The notes beneath the pieces were generated by a model. That model ran no database searches and was not told where the DNA came from. It was given only the letters and a program-made list of their open reading frames with translations. Of a DNA stretch of 64,000 nucleotides, positions 42,203 to 50,641 are shown piece after piece (position 1 is the first letter of the stretch; every line of letters starts with the position of its first letter). Location of the stretch: positions 174 to 64,173 of the IMG/VR virus record IMGVR_UViG_3300005617_000232. One strand, written 5' to 3'. The stretch is from a virus (lineage: Duplodnaviria; Caudoviricetes). The position numbers and the translations under genes were made by a program.

Positions 42203-43438
42203 TTATGCAGTGGGGGCGTACTCGGGCTGACCCGTGAAGTCGGCGTAGCGCTGGCGGATGACGTCGCAGTAGGCGGGGTCGATCTCCATGATCAGCGCCC
42301 GTCGCCCTGCCACCTCTGCGGCGACCAGAGTGGAACCCGAGCCGCCGAATAGGTCGAGGACTGTCTCCCCGCGCCGAGTGCTGTTGAGAATGGCCCGTTC
42401 CAGCAGCGCGACAGGCTTCTGTGTGGGATGGAGATCATTGGTGCGTGGCTTCGGGTGTTCCCAGATGGTGACCTCGTTGGTAGCTCCGAAGAACCGCGGA
42501 GCCTTCTTCGCCTTCGAGGCATAGAGCAACGGCTCGTGCCTGGGTATGTACTGGGCGGTGAGCGCGCCGGTGGGAACGTCCTTCACCCAGATGATCACGG
42601 CCCGCTGAGTGAAGCCGGAATCGACGACCGCGTTCAACACCTCGCGCGAGCGCGAGTCGGAGAACCAGAGGTACAAGGAGCCGTCCGGGCGCAGCAACTC
42701 AAACATGACCGGCAACGCCGCTGCGTACAACTCGGCGTTCTGATCCCCGAGCACCGTTCGCGTCTTGCGCTTGCCCGTTCGAGCAGAGAACTCCTGCGCG
42801 CCGCCCTGGTACTTCACCCCGTAAGGAGGGTCGGTCAGCACCAGGTCGACACCACCGCCGGTCAGATGCCTTACCTGCTCGTCGTCGGTGGCGTCGCCGC
42901 ACATAAGTCGATGCCCACCCAGTTCGTAGACCTCCCCAAGCGCGGAACGCGGGTCGGCTGGAGGGTCGACAACCGCGTCAGGATCGCCGACGCGGTTCCC
43001 GCGGTTCCGCCATTCAATATCCGCCAGCAACTCCTCTACGTCGTCGCGCTCGTACCCTGTGCCGCGCAGGGCGTCCGCGTCGTAGTACGGCTTCAGCAAC
43101 TCGGCCAGCAGGTCGTCCTCGTACTCGCCCAGGTCGCCCGTGCGGTTATCGGCCAGCAGGTACGCCTCCACCTCGGCCTCGGTCAGGTCGGAGCGCACGA
43201 CCGCGATGTGCGTCCAGCCCGCGTCGACCGCAGCGCGCAGGGTGTGGTTGCCCGCCACCACCGTGCCGTCCGGCAGTGCCAGGATGGGTCGCTGCTGCCC
43301 GAAGCGCTCCAGGGACGCGCGGATGGCCTCCACGTTGCCCCGGCGCGGGTTGCGCGGGTGCGCCTGCATCTCGTCGACCGGCGCGAGCATCCGCCGCAGA
43401 CCCTCGTTGCCGTTCCACACCTTGCGCGCAGTCGCCAT
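42203..43438 (-). CDS. ParB-like domain fused to N6/N4 DNA methyltransferase (beta class)
   Basis: HPRNPR..SLERFG..AGNH..LADNR (ParB-like); TDPPY, HPTQKPV, VLDLFGGSGST. Confidence 0.92.
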   Translation of the reverse strand: MATARKVWNGNEGLRRMLAPVDEMQAHPRNPRRGNVEAIRASLERFGQQRPILALPDGTVVAGNHTLRAAVDAGWTHIAVVRSDLTEAEVEAYLLADNRTGDLGEYEDDLLAELLKPYYDADALRGTGYERDDVEELLADIEWRNRGNRVGDPDAVVDPPADPRSALGEVYELGGHRLMCGDATDDEQVRHLTGGGVDLVLTDPPYGVKYQGGAQEFSARTGKRKTRTVLGDQNAELYAAALPVMFELLRPDGSLYLWFSDSRSREVLNAVVDSGFTQRAVIIWVKDVPTGALTAQYIPRHEPLLYASKAKKAPRFFGATNEVTIWEHPKPRTNDLHPTQKPVALLERAILNSTRRGETVLDLFGGSGSTLVAAEVAGRRALIMEIDPAYCDVIRQRYADFTGQPEYAPTA

Positions 43439-43797
43439 CAGAGCGAAGCGTACAAGCGGCGCTGGAGCCACTCAGCGCGCTTCTCCGGGCCTCCGAGGCG
43501 TTCGGCGAGGTAGGCCATCGTGTCCGGCCGGTTGCGCGTCAGGTACGCACCCAGCAGCCTGCGGGTGACTTCATGCTCGGCGGTGAGCTTGCCGTGGCAG
43601 CCGGTGGTGCCGTCACCACAGAGCATCACCAGGTTGGCCTCGACGTCGTCGCGCGGCTTGTTGAGCAGGTGATGGAGGGTGAGCTTGCGCGTGGCGCGGG
43701 TGGCCCCGCAGATCACGCACTCGTCCCAGTGGACGTGCAGGCGGCGCAGGAGTTCCAGGTCGCGGACCCGGCGCACGGGCTTCGGGTCAGGTGCCAA
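43438..43797 (-). CDS. HNH endonuclease
   Basis: CVICG..HH..DD..NLVMLCG.GT.GCHG motif. Confidence 0.8.
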   Translation of the reverse strand: MAPDPKPVRRVRDLELLRRLHVHWDECVICGATRATRKLTLHHLLNKPRDDVEANLVMLCGDGTTGCHGKLTAEHEVTRRLLGAYLTRNRPDTMAYLAERLGGPEKRAEWLQRRLYASL

Positions 43798-44185
43798 GCG
43801 GCTCGCGGATCGGCTGGGGGTCGAAGGGCTTGCCACGTGCGTCGGAGTAGACCATCCGGTGCTCCTGAGAGCGGGCGGTGAGGACGCGCTCGATCTCGCC
43901 GCTGTCCCAACTCCCCGGCGTCCAGACGTGGGCCGCGGTGCCCGCCATGCGGAAGGCGGTCATCCAGTCTTTCTGGTCGGGTCGCAGCCGATCGCCGTCG
44001 CCCTTGATCTCCACCACGATGGTGCGGTCGCGCACGAGCATCAGGTCGGGGAAGCCCTTGCCGTCGGCGGCGACCGGCGTGCGCCAGATCCCGTCGCGCC
44101 CTTGCATCGCGGAGAAGTGCGCCACCTTCCACCCGAGCGTGCGGGCGAGGTCGATGACGGCCTTCTGAAGATCCTTGCCGGTCAC
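43787..44185 (-). CDS. VRR-NUC domain nuclease
   Basis: LQKAVIDLA..GW..H..GFPDLMLV..VEIK...RLRPDQ..W motif. Confidence 0.88.
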   Translation of the reverse strand: MTGKDLQKAVIDLARTLGWKVAHFSAMQGRDGIWRTPVAADGKGFPDLMLVRDRTIVVEIKGDGDRLRPDQKDWMTAFRMAGTAAHVWTPGSWDSGEIERVLTARSQEHRMVYSDARGKPFDPQPIREPLGT

Positions 44186-44574
44186 CGGGGCGGCAGCCCC
44201 AGAAGGGCGCGTAGCGGCACCACACGGGCACGTGTCGGGCAGGAACCGTAGGGCTGGTCGCGTACCTCGGCTACCTCCACAAGGCCGCGCAGGCGGGCCG
44301 TGGAGACGCCGACGAAGCACGAAGGCGGATCCCCGAGGGCGAAGATCCAGCAGTCGGCTTCGCTAGTCGAGATGCCGCACGGCTTCCACTGGCCCTGCCG
44401 TCCGGGATCGTGCGCGACCTCGACGTAGACCTTGCCGGTCTCCAGCGCACGGCGGTCGTGCTTCACCTCGAAGCGGTCCCCTCCCGATGCCATCTCGTAG
44501 AACCACGCCTCGACCGCGAGGCCCCCGGCCAACTGCACGTCGAACCGGTAGTCGCGGTTGTGCGGAACGCTCAC
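44182..44574 (-). CDS. PD-(D/E)XK-like phage protein
   Basis: EVKHD...TGKVYVE...GISTSEAD.W motif. Confidence 0.65.
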   Translation of the reverse strand: MSVPHNRDYRFDVQLAGGLAVEAWFYEMASGGDRFEVKHDRRALETGKVYVEVAHDPGRQGQWKPCGISTSEADCWIFALGDPPSCFVGVSTARLRGLVEVAEVRDQPYGSCPTRARVVPLRALLGLPPR

Positions 44575-45197
44575 CCGATCAGCCTCGGCAGCGTCTCGCG
44601 CACGTCGCCGTTCCACTCTCCGGGCACCTCGTTCCCGAGGCTCACCCATCCCTCGCGCTGGCGGCGGGCGAACAGTTCGAGGTACGGCCCCGGGAAGGAC
44701 TCGGCCAACTCGTAGAGCGTGTCGGGCTTGCGCGAGTGGCGCGCGTTCGTTGACAGCAGGCCGACCCAGTTCGTGCGCACCGCAGCGTTGCCGCGGGACG
44801 CCAGCAGGATCGGCTCCGAGCACCCGCGCAGCCAGTAGCCGACCCCGTAGGCCGGGGCGAACACCGGCTCGCGTCCGCCGGTGATGTCGGTCGCCTTCAA
44901 CCACGGCAGCCCGGTCTTGAACGTGAAGCCCCACGTCTCGATGAGGCGCAGCGCGTCGGGGATGAAGGGCCAGGTCGTCCACAGCAACAGGACGGCATCG
45001 CGCGCGCACACGTCGCCGACGGGGAGCGCTTCCAGGGCTGCCTGGTCGAGCGTGCCGTACTCGTAGTTCGCGTAGCCGGTCAGGTCGCGGTGCTGGTTCG
45101 CAGCCTGGTACTGCCAGGGCGGGTCGGCGATCACGACCTTGAACGGGTCGCCGGACCACGGAGTGACCGGCGTCACCTCGTCCGCGAACAGGCTCAC
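44571..45197 (-). CDS. MT-A70-family adenine methyltransferase
   Basis: VIADPPW, LLWTT, WGF, HSRKP, YLELFARR..GW..GNE motifs. Confidence 0.93.
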   Translation of the reverse strand: MSLFADEVTPVTPWSGDPFKVVIADPPWQYQAANQHRDLTGYANYEYGTLDQAALEALPVGDVCARDAVLLLWTTWPFIPDALRLIETWGFTFKTGLPWLKATDITGGREPVFAPAYGVGYWLRGCSEPILLASRGNAAVRTNWVGLLSTNARHSRKPDTLYELAESFPGPYLELFARRQREGWVSLGNEVPGEWNGDVRETLPRLIG

Positions 45198-45819
45198 AGC
45201 CGCTTCCACCACTGCTCCTCGCGGTCACGCTCACTTCCCCACTCCACGTCCTCGATGAGGAGTTGGTGCTCGGGGGTGGCCGTCAGTTCGGCAGGCTCAT
45301 CGCTGGGCAGCGCGTCGGCCTGCTCCACCCCCGAGTCTTCAGCGTCCGGGTCGAACGTCTCGAACGCGGTGTCGACCTCGTCCTCGCGGTGAGGGTGCGC
45401 GCGCAGGTACGCCTGCATCGCCGCGGTGACGGGGTTGTCCGGGACCGACTCACCACAATCGGCCCCGGACCCACGAGCAAGCGGCCCTCCGTCCAGCCCT
45501 GAAGGGCTTCTGCGAGCGTACTCCTTCGGATTCACTTCTTGCTCGACTCCTCGGGCAGCCCGTACTGCGCCAGCACCTCGCCCCAGAACTGGGCGGCCTC
45601 GCGGTTCGCGATCTCGACCATCATGTTGCGCTCACCCGAGCGGCTGAGGTCCCTGTCCTGGGTGCGGCGCAGGGCCAGGCCCGCCAGGCTCGCGATCTCC
45701 TTGCGGACGATCATCTGGATCGCCCCGATCAGCGCCTCGTTGTCCGAGCGCGCGACCGCTCCGAGCGTCGCGATGATGTCCTTCTCGGCGTCCGTGAACT
45801 CGACCGGCTCGACTCCCAT
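45194..45819 (-). CDS. two hypothetical genes (45194-45535, 45532-45819)
   Basis: Overlap chain. Confidence 0.5.
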
Positions 45820-46175
45820 CAGACCTCCTCTCTGATACGACCTGTGGATATTCCCTCCAGGGGGAGGACCGCCATCGCTCGACGGATCTGCTCCTGGCGT
45901 CGGGATGACATAAGCGGGTAGAGACGCTGGGTCAGTTCACGCGCCCGCGCCCCGATGAGTCGCCATTCCCAGATGTCCTGCTGAGCGCCCTGGTGCCAAC
46001 TCTGTGCGCGTGCGCTCCTGCGTTGCAGATGAAGGCTGCCGCCGTGGGCCGCCTGGAGCCGCTCCAGCGGCTCTCGCTGCACCTGCTTCGCCTTCACCAC
46101 CAGACCACGGTTGTCGTAGAACGTGCCCTCGCCCTCTAGGAAACCAGCGGTCCACATGAGGTCGGGATCGGTCAT
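45819..46175 (-). CDS. free-standing LAGLIDADG-type endonuclease
   Basis: WTAGFLEGEGTF motif, GG..., WEW, LYPLMSSRR.EQ. Confidence 0.8.
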   Translation of the reverse strand: MTDPDLMWTAGFLEGEGTFYDNRGLVVKAKQVQREPLERLQAAHGGSLHLQRRSARAQSWHQGAQQDIWEWRLIGARARELTQRLYPLMSSRRQEQIRRAMAVLPLEGISTGRIREEV

Positions 46176-46837
46176 TCGACACCGAGGGCCGCGCGCACCC
46201 TGGTTAGGTCGTCGCGTCGCACCACGACATTCTCCCCGGCCTCCTGTGCGTTGGCGAGCAGACTGTGCACCGCGTCCAGCAGGCGCGGGATGTCCGGCTC
46301 ACCCTCGTCAAGCACCGGGGGGAGAGATGGACGTTCGGTCGGCTCCTCGCGCACCTCCTGCTTCATGCGCTCGTTCAGCACCGCTCGCGTCCAGCCCGCC
46401 TCGGCGGCGCGCTTCAGCCAGGTCTTCTGGTCGCGGCCGGACAGGGGTGCCACCAGTGCGTGCGTGGAGAAACTCAGAGACGGCTCACGGCGCGACGGAG
46501 GCACCGAGCGGCAGACCCATAGGCGGTTCAGGAGCGTCTGCTCGGCCAGGCCCGTCGCCTCGATGGCCTGCGCGAAGCGCTCGCGGTACGCGCCCTCCCC
46601 GAACAGGAGCCAGTCGCCTATCCACCACGCGCAGGATCGGTTGATCAGCCCGAGCGCGGCCCCGAGCGCCTCGTACTTCTCATACGGCAGGTCGGGGTCG
46701 AGGCGCAGGGAGGTGCCCGTGGTGTCGAGCACGCCCCCAGCGCGCAACTCGTCGATGACGCTTGCCGCGGTGCGCAGGTCGAGGCCCGGGAACGTGACCT
46801 CCGGGTTGACCTCCTCGACCAGGGCGACGTTGCTCAC
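46172..46837 (-). CDS. LmbU-like DNA-binding protein
   Basis: WWIGDWLLFGE..Y..., TL.N..WVCR....RR..LSFS.HA.VA.L motif. Confidence 0.75.
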   Translation of the reverse strand: MSNVALVEEVNPEVTFPGLDLRTAASVIDELRAGGVLDTTGTSLRLDPDLPYEKYEALGAALGLINRSCAWWIGDWLLFGEGAYRERFAQAIEATGLAEQTLLNRLWVCRSVPPSRREPSLSFSTHALVAPLSGRDQKTWLKRAAEAGWTRAVLNERMKQEVREEPTERPSLPPVLDEGEPDIPRLLDAVHSLLANAQEAGENVVVRRDDLTRVRAALGVE

Positions 46838-47118
46838 GCTGCCTCCGGTGCCTTCACGCTGTGCTCCTCCTCGACCGGCAGCGTGGGCTGCACGTCGAGG
46901 TACGTGCCCACATCCACGAGGACGCTCGTCGCCTTCGGCGGCGGCTGCTGGACGGAGACGGACTCGAAGGTGGCGTTGCGCACCGGCACCACCAGGTACT
47001 CGCCTTCGTCCTGGGTCACCTTCTTGCGCGCCTGGACGGGACCGGTCGCCTCTGCGTGCCCGACGATGAACCAGCGGTTCCCATCGCCTTGCCGCATCAG
47101 CACGAGGTAGTTCGTCAT
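46834..47118 (-). CDS. hypothetical protein
   Basis: SD GAGAGGAG; ATG at 47118. Confidence 0.55.
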   Translation of the reverse strand: MTNYLVLMRQGDGNRWFIVGHAEATGPVQARKKVTQDEGEYLVVPVRNATFESVSVQQPPPKATSVLVDVGTYLDVQPTLPVEEEHSVKAPEAA

Positions 47119-47128
47119 GCGTCTCCTC

Positions 47129-47599
47129 TCAGATCCCGATGGCTCGGGAGATCGTGGGGCGGGTGACGTCGTAGCGGCGGGCCAGGGAGCGGATGCTCTC
47201 ACCGGCCTCGAAGCGCGCACGCGCCTCGTGCACCTGCTCGGGCGTCATCTTGAACTGGTTCGAGCGCTTCCGAGGTGAGTCGACCGGGAGGCCGAAGTGC
47301 GCCTGGAGCGTCGAGATGATGAGGCGGCTCACCGCGATGCGGCGTCCGGGCAGCGTGGCCTCGTCGGCCGCCGCCTTGATCGCCGCGTGAAGCTCGTGAG
47401 ACATCCGCAGCATCCACTGGTCGGAGCCTGACGCCTCGCGGTACGGGTAGCCGCTCGACTCGTAGGGCGCGCGGAAGCGGGCCGCCAGAGCCTCGCAGAT
47501 CACGTCGTTGCGGTTGCGGTCGCGCTCCTTCGCGACGCGCTCGACCTCGGCGTAGAGCGTCTGGGGAACATCCTTGACGTGAACCTGTGCGGACTTCAT
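47129..47599 (-). CDS. transcription regulator: two Arc/RHH-like domains plus C-terminal HTH
   Basis: QVHVKDVPQTLYAEV..A....RN.NDVI; QWMLRMSHELHAAIKAAA; ARFEAGESIRSLARRYDVTRPTISRAI. Confidence 0.75.
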   Translation of the reverse strand: MKSAQVHVKDVPQTLYAEVERVAKERDRNRNDVICEALAARFRAPYESSGYPYREASGSDQWMLRMSHELHAAIKAAADEATLPGRRIAVSRLIISTLQAHFGLPVDSPRKRSNQFKMTPEQVHEARARFEAGESIRSLARRYDVTRPTISRAIGI

Positions 47600-47638
47600 G
47601 GCACGGCGCAGTCTAGCGGGTGCGGCGGCTGTTGTCAC
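47589..47638 (-). promoter_or_regulatory. promoter plus conserved 16-bp element
   Basis: GTGACA-17-TAGACT-5-GTGCCATGAAGTCCGC. Confidence 0.8.
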
Positions 47639-48189
47639 GCCGTCACGGGTTTCCCGGGGATGCGCCGCAGCGCCCAGATGACGGGGATGGCCGCGAGCGT
47701 CATCCACGCCTTGCCCACGATCTGCCCCTCGACCAGTTCGCGGTGCCACCAGCCGAACGCGAGCGTGACGAAGATGATGGAGTCGAGCACGAAGCCGACG
47801 ACGTTGCTAGCCACCAGGGCCTTGAGCCAGCCGCGCTCGGACAGCGGCTCGTACACGGCCAGGTCGGACATCTCGGAGATGAGGAACGCGATGGCCGACG
47901 CAACCGCGACCGACACGTATCCGCCGGGGATCGTCGAGTTGGCTTCGATGGCGATGGACAGCCCGGCACCCACCAGGATCGCCACGATGACCGCTGAGCG
48001 GCCCAGGGAGCGATGGACGACGTCCCTGAGGGTGAAGGCCAGGCCAGCGAACCAGACGCCCGCAGGAGCCGTCAGGCCGAAGCCGACGGACGTGAAGCCC
48101 CAGTGCGTGACGGCGTAGTTCGCGGCCCAGACGGTGCCGACGAACAGTGCGGCTGCCACCAGCCCTACGGCGTTATCTCGAAGTCGCAA
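47635..48189 (-). CDS. YhhQ/VUT-family queuosine-precursor transporter-like membrane protein
   Basis: AAN..., PAG...G..F.LRD, AS..AF..SE..D..VY, SN......DS..F...AFG, GQ..GK motifs; multi-pass hydrophobic. Confidence 0.85.
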   Translation of the reverse strand: MRLRDNAVGLVAAALFVGTVWAANYAVTHWGFTSVGFGLTAPAGVWFAGLAFTLRDVVHRSLGRSAVIVAILVGAGLSIAIEANSTIPGGYVSVAVASAIAFLISEMSDLAVYEPLSERGWLKALVASNVVGFVLDSIIFVTLAFGWWHRELVEGQIVGKAWMTLAAIPVIWALRRIPGKPVTA

Positions 48190-49015
48190 CGGTCAGTCCT
48201 CCCTCCTGGCGGTAACCGTCCGGTTCCGGCCAGTTCTCGATGGATTCCAGAATCTGGTCACGCCACGCGAGTGCCCAGTCGAGGCAGTTCGCGCAGGTCT
48301 TCGCCTTGTGCTCCGTCGGGTGGAGCTTCCCACAGAGCGTCCGGCGGGGCCAGTTGAACAGCGACGGCTGCTGGTCGTCGCCCGACACCCAGCGGGCCTG
48401 GGAACTCCAGGACATGGAGTCGGCCGAGGTAAGCGCGTCGGCGTACTTCTCGATACCGGCGACCTTCACTCCGAAGCCGTGCAACTTGAGCGGCAGGAGG
48501 GAGCGGAAGATGTCGGCCGCCTCCTGCGTGTTCTGGCGGCGGCAGACTGAGCCGACTCCGATGAGTGGCTCGTTGCTCAGGTCGACGTCGTTCTCGTCGT
48601 ACATCTCTGCGCAGCGGTGGTAGTCGTCGACCGTCCAGCCCTGAAGCACCGGGATGACGACCGACCCAAGCCGCTCGCGCAGCGACATGAAGTTCAGCAC
48701 CGTGCGCAGTTGGTGCTCCTCGATAGTCAGGCCCGTCTTCGCGAGCACGAACGGCTCGCACATCCAGTCCATCGGGGCAGCCCACGCGAGGTTGCCGATC
48801 TCGTCCTCGAACCGGCGAACGTCGGCGACGTACTCGTCCTCGGTGGTCAGCCAGGCCCCGTGCATGTTCAACTCGGTAAAGCCTCCCGAGTCGAGTGCCC
48901 ACGGGCCTACGGCGACCGGCAGCGTCTTGCGCTCGTAGAGGCGGCGGCGCGAGACGAACAGGTCGCGCTCGGTCTCCAGCCAGTTCGGCCGGTGCGTGCC
49001 GAGCCAGAACTTCAC
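48173..49015 (-). CDS. tRNA-guanine-transglycosylase-like protein (DpdA-like base-exchange candidate)
   Basis: LDSGGFTEL, DWMCEP, PVLQG, GVGSVCRR, LHGFGVK, SADS..WS motifs of the TGT fold. Confidence 0.8.
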   Translation of the reverse strand: MKFWLGTHRPNWLETERDLFVSRRRLYERKTLPVAVGPWALDSGGFTELNMHGAWLTTEDEYVADVRRFEDEIGNLAWAAPMDWMCEPFVLAKTGLTIEEHQLRTVLNFMSLRERLGSVVIPVLQGWTVDDYHRCAEMYDENDVDLSNEPLIGVGSVCRRQNTQEAADIFRSLLPLKLHGFGVKVAGIEKYADALTSADSMSWSSQARWVSGDDQQPSLFNWPRRTLCGKLHPTEHKAKTCANCLDWALAWRDQILESIENWPEPDGYRQEGGLTVATSR

Positions 49016-49689
49016 GCGCCCGCCTCCTCCAGGATGCGCTCGGCCTCGACGTAGGTCTGGTACCACGGCTCGTGCTCGTCGACCGGCCCCTGCGCCAGCA
49101 CTGCGATGGCGTCGGCCTTCTCCTCCTCGGTCGGGGGGTCCATCGGCACGCCGCCCATGCGCCTGATCCAGCGCCACTGCACCGGGCGGGGGATGACGCG
49201 CTCGGTCGCCGGAAGCTCCTTCATCGTCGGGCCGAGTTCAGGGAAGATGCTGACGCCGGTCAGCGCAGGCTGCGGCGGGCGGCCTCCGCGGACGTAGTCG
49301 TTGAGCGCCTGCTGGCGCAGGTTGTCGTATGCCTTGCGGAACTGCGCTCGCACGGTCGCGATGTTGTCGGAGTGCAGGATGGCCCAGCGGCCACCGACGT
49401 GCTCGGCAGCGGCGCGCACGGTCTCGGGTGCCTGCTTCAGGCTGCCGCGCTCAGCGATCTCCCACGCCTCCTCGGTGGTCGGCAGGTTGAGCGCGCGCTC
49501 GGCCACCTGCTCCAGGATCTGCCCGATGGAGGGCCGGAACTTCTCGGTCCCGATGAGGTCGTCGACCGCCTGGGCCACGACGCCCTCCGGGAACTGGCTG
49601 AGCTTGTCCGCGTAGCGCGCGATGGCACGGTCCGAGAACTCCTCCCGCCAGGAATCCTGTAGGGCTTCGAGCACGGGCACGAGGCTCAT
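49012..49689 (-). CDS. putative helicase loader/inhibitor (G39P-like N-terminus)
   Basis: Follows the initiator; L..SW..Y...L.....V.QAV......KFRPSIGQI, EEAW, ..GG.W pattern. Confidence 0.6.
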   Translation of the reverse strand: MSLVPVLEALQDSWREEFSDRAIARYADKLSQFPEGVVAQAVDDLIGTEKFRPSIGQILEQVAERALNLPTTEEAWEIAERGSLKQAPETVRAAAEHVGGRWAILHSDNIATVRAQFRKAYDNLRQQALNDYVRGGRPPQPALTGVSIFPELGPTMKELPATERVIPRPVQWRWIRRMGGVPMDPPTEEEKADAIAVLAQGPVDEHEPWYQTYVEAERILEEAGA

Positions 49690-50441
49690 GCGCTTCTCCT
49701 CTCGGTCACGAGTTGGACGATCTTCTCGATGCGGCCCTCGCTGCGCGCCTTCGCGTTGACGGCCTGGATGGAGCGCTCGAACTGCGCACCTGAGCCGTAC
49801 ACCACCGATGGCGACGGTGGCCCCTTCCACCACGGGTCGGCGAGCGCGGCCTGGATGATCAGGCGGTGGTCGTCGAACGTGGCCTCGGGGTACTCGCGGA
49901 TGCGCAGGATGATCTTCGAGAGCCAGTCGGCAGAGCGAAGGTTCTGGCCGGTCAGTTCGTTCCAGGTCTTCAGCACCCAGACGGCCTTAACGGCGTGCTC
50001 CTTCGTGACGGGCTTTCGGTCGACGGTGCTCGGCACCGACGATAGTTCGCGCGCGCGCGGTTCTATGTCTTTGGATGGTTGCTCTTTGGATGGTTGCTCT
50101 AAGGACGGTTCGGGCGTAATCCTGACGCCCCCCTGTGTCGTAGATGTCGCCCCCTCCGGTGCAGTAGATGTCGCCCCGGGGGGTGACATATTGACGCCCC
50201 ACCGAACCGCACCCGAATCGTGGGTGCCGGTGTTCGTGATCGCACCGGAAGACTCCAGATCCCGGAGGCAACGTTGCACCTGGCGACGTGACATCCGAGC
50301 CTCGTGCGCGATCGTGGCGACCGCGGGCCATGAGTCCCTGCCGTCCTCGCCAGCGTGGTCGGCGAGCACGAGCAGTACGAGCCTACGTCCGAGCGTCTCC
50401 TCGGAGTGCTTCAGAACCCAACTCATTACGTGGACTGACAT
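49686..50441 (-). CDS. replication initiator (replisome organizer, N-terminal winged HTH)
   Basis: MS...MSW, RLVLLVLADHA...SWPAV.TIA....MSRRQVQR.L..LE; internal iterons. Confidence 0.85.
   Translation of the reverse strand: MSVHVMSWVLKHSEETLGRRLVLLVLADHAGEDGRDSWPAVATIAHEARMSRRQVQRCLRDLESSGAITNTGTHDSGAVRWGVNMSPPGATSTAPEGATSTTQGGVRITPEPSLEQPSKEQPSKDIEPRARELSSVPSTVDRKPVTKEHAVKAVWVLKTWNELTGQNLRSADWLSKIILRIREYPEATFDDHRLIIQAALADPWWKGPPSPSVVYGSGAQFERSIQAVNAKARSEGRIEKIVQLVTERRSA
50068..50200. repeat. iteron array / putative replication origin
   Basis: Minus-strand GGGGCGWCA at 50123, 50145, 50169 and 50192 (22-24 bp spacing); adjacent 15-bp tandem TCTTTGGATGGTTGC x2 (50068-50097). Confidence 0.75.
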
Positions 50442-50482
50442 CTACTACCTCAACTTGATCGAAGTGACTTGAACGAACTGAC

Positions 50483-50596
50483 GAAGACTTCATGGCACGA
50501 CCTAGTGTACTCTCATGGGGAGTGGCTCCGTGATCTCTACCTCCTCCAGCGCTAGTTGGCGTTGGGGTCGAAGGGACTGCGTGGCCTTCATGGCGC
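50483..50596 (-). promoter_or_regulatory. two variant copies of the 16-bp element upstream of the initiator
   Basis: TACACT-5-GTGCCATGAAGTCTTC (50483-50509); GCGCCATGAAGGCCAC (50581-50596). Confidence 0.7.
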
Positions 50597-50606
50597 ACGT
50601 TCGGGG

Positions 50607-50635
50607 AAGGGCCGGGGCAACTCGGCCCCAGCCCC
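50607..50635 (-). terminator. hairpin after the ERF gene
   Basis: GGGGCTGGGGC-CGAGTT-GCCCCGGCCCT stem with G-U pairs. Confidence 0.5.
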
Positions 50636-50641
50636 ACGCCC

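Noticed and set aside
45819-46175. LAGLIDADG gene as part of an intron or intein
   Set aside because: It has its own start and stop coupled to intact neighbours, and no split host gene or splice motifs were seen.
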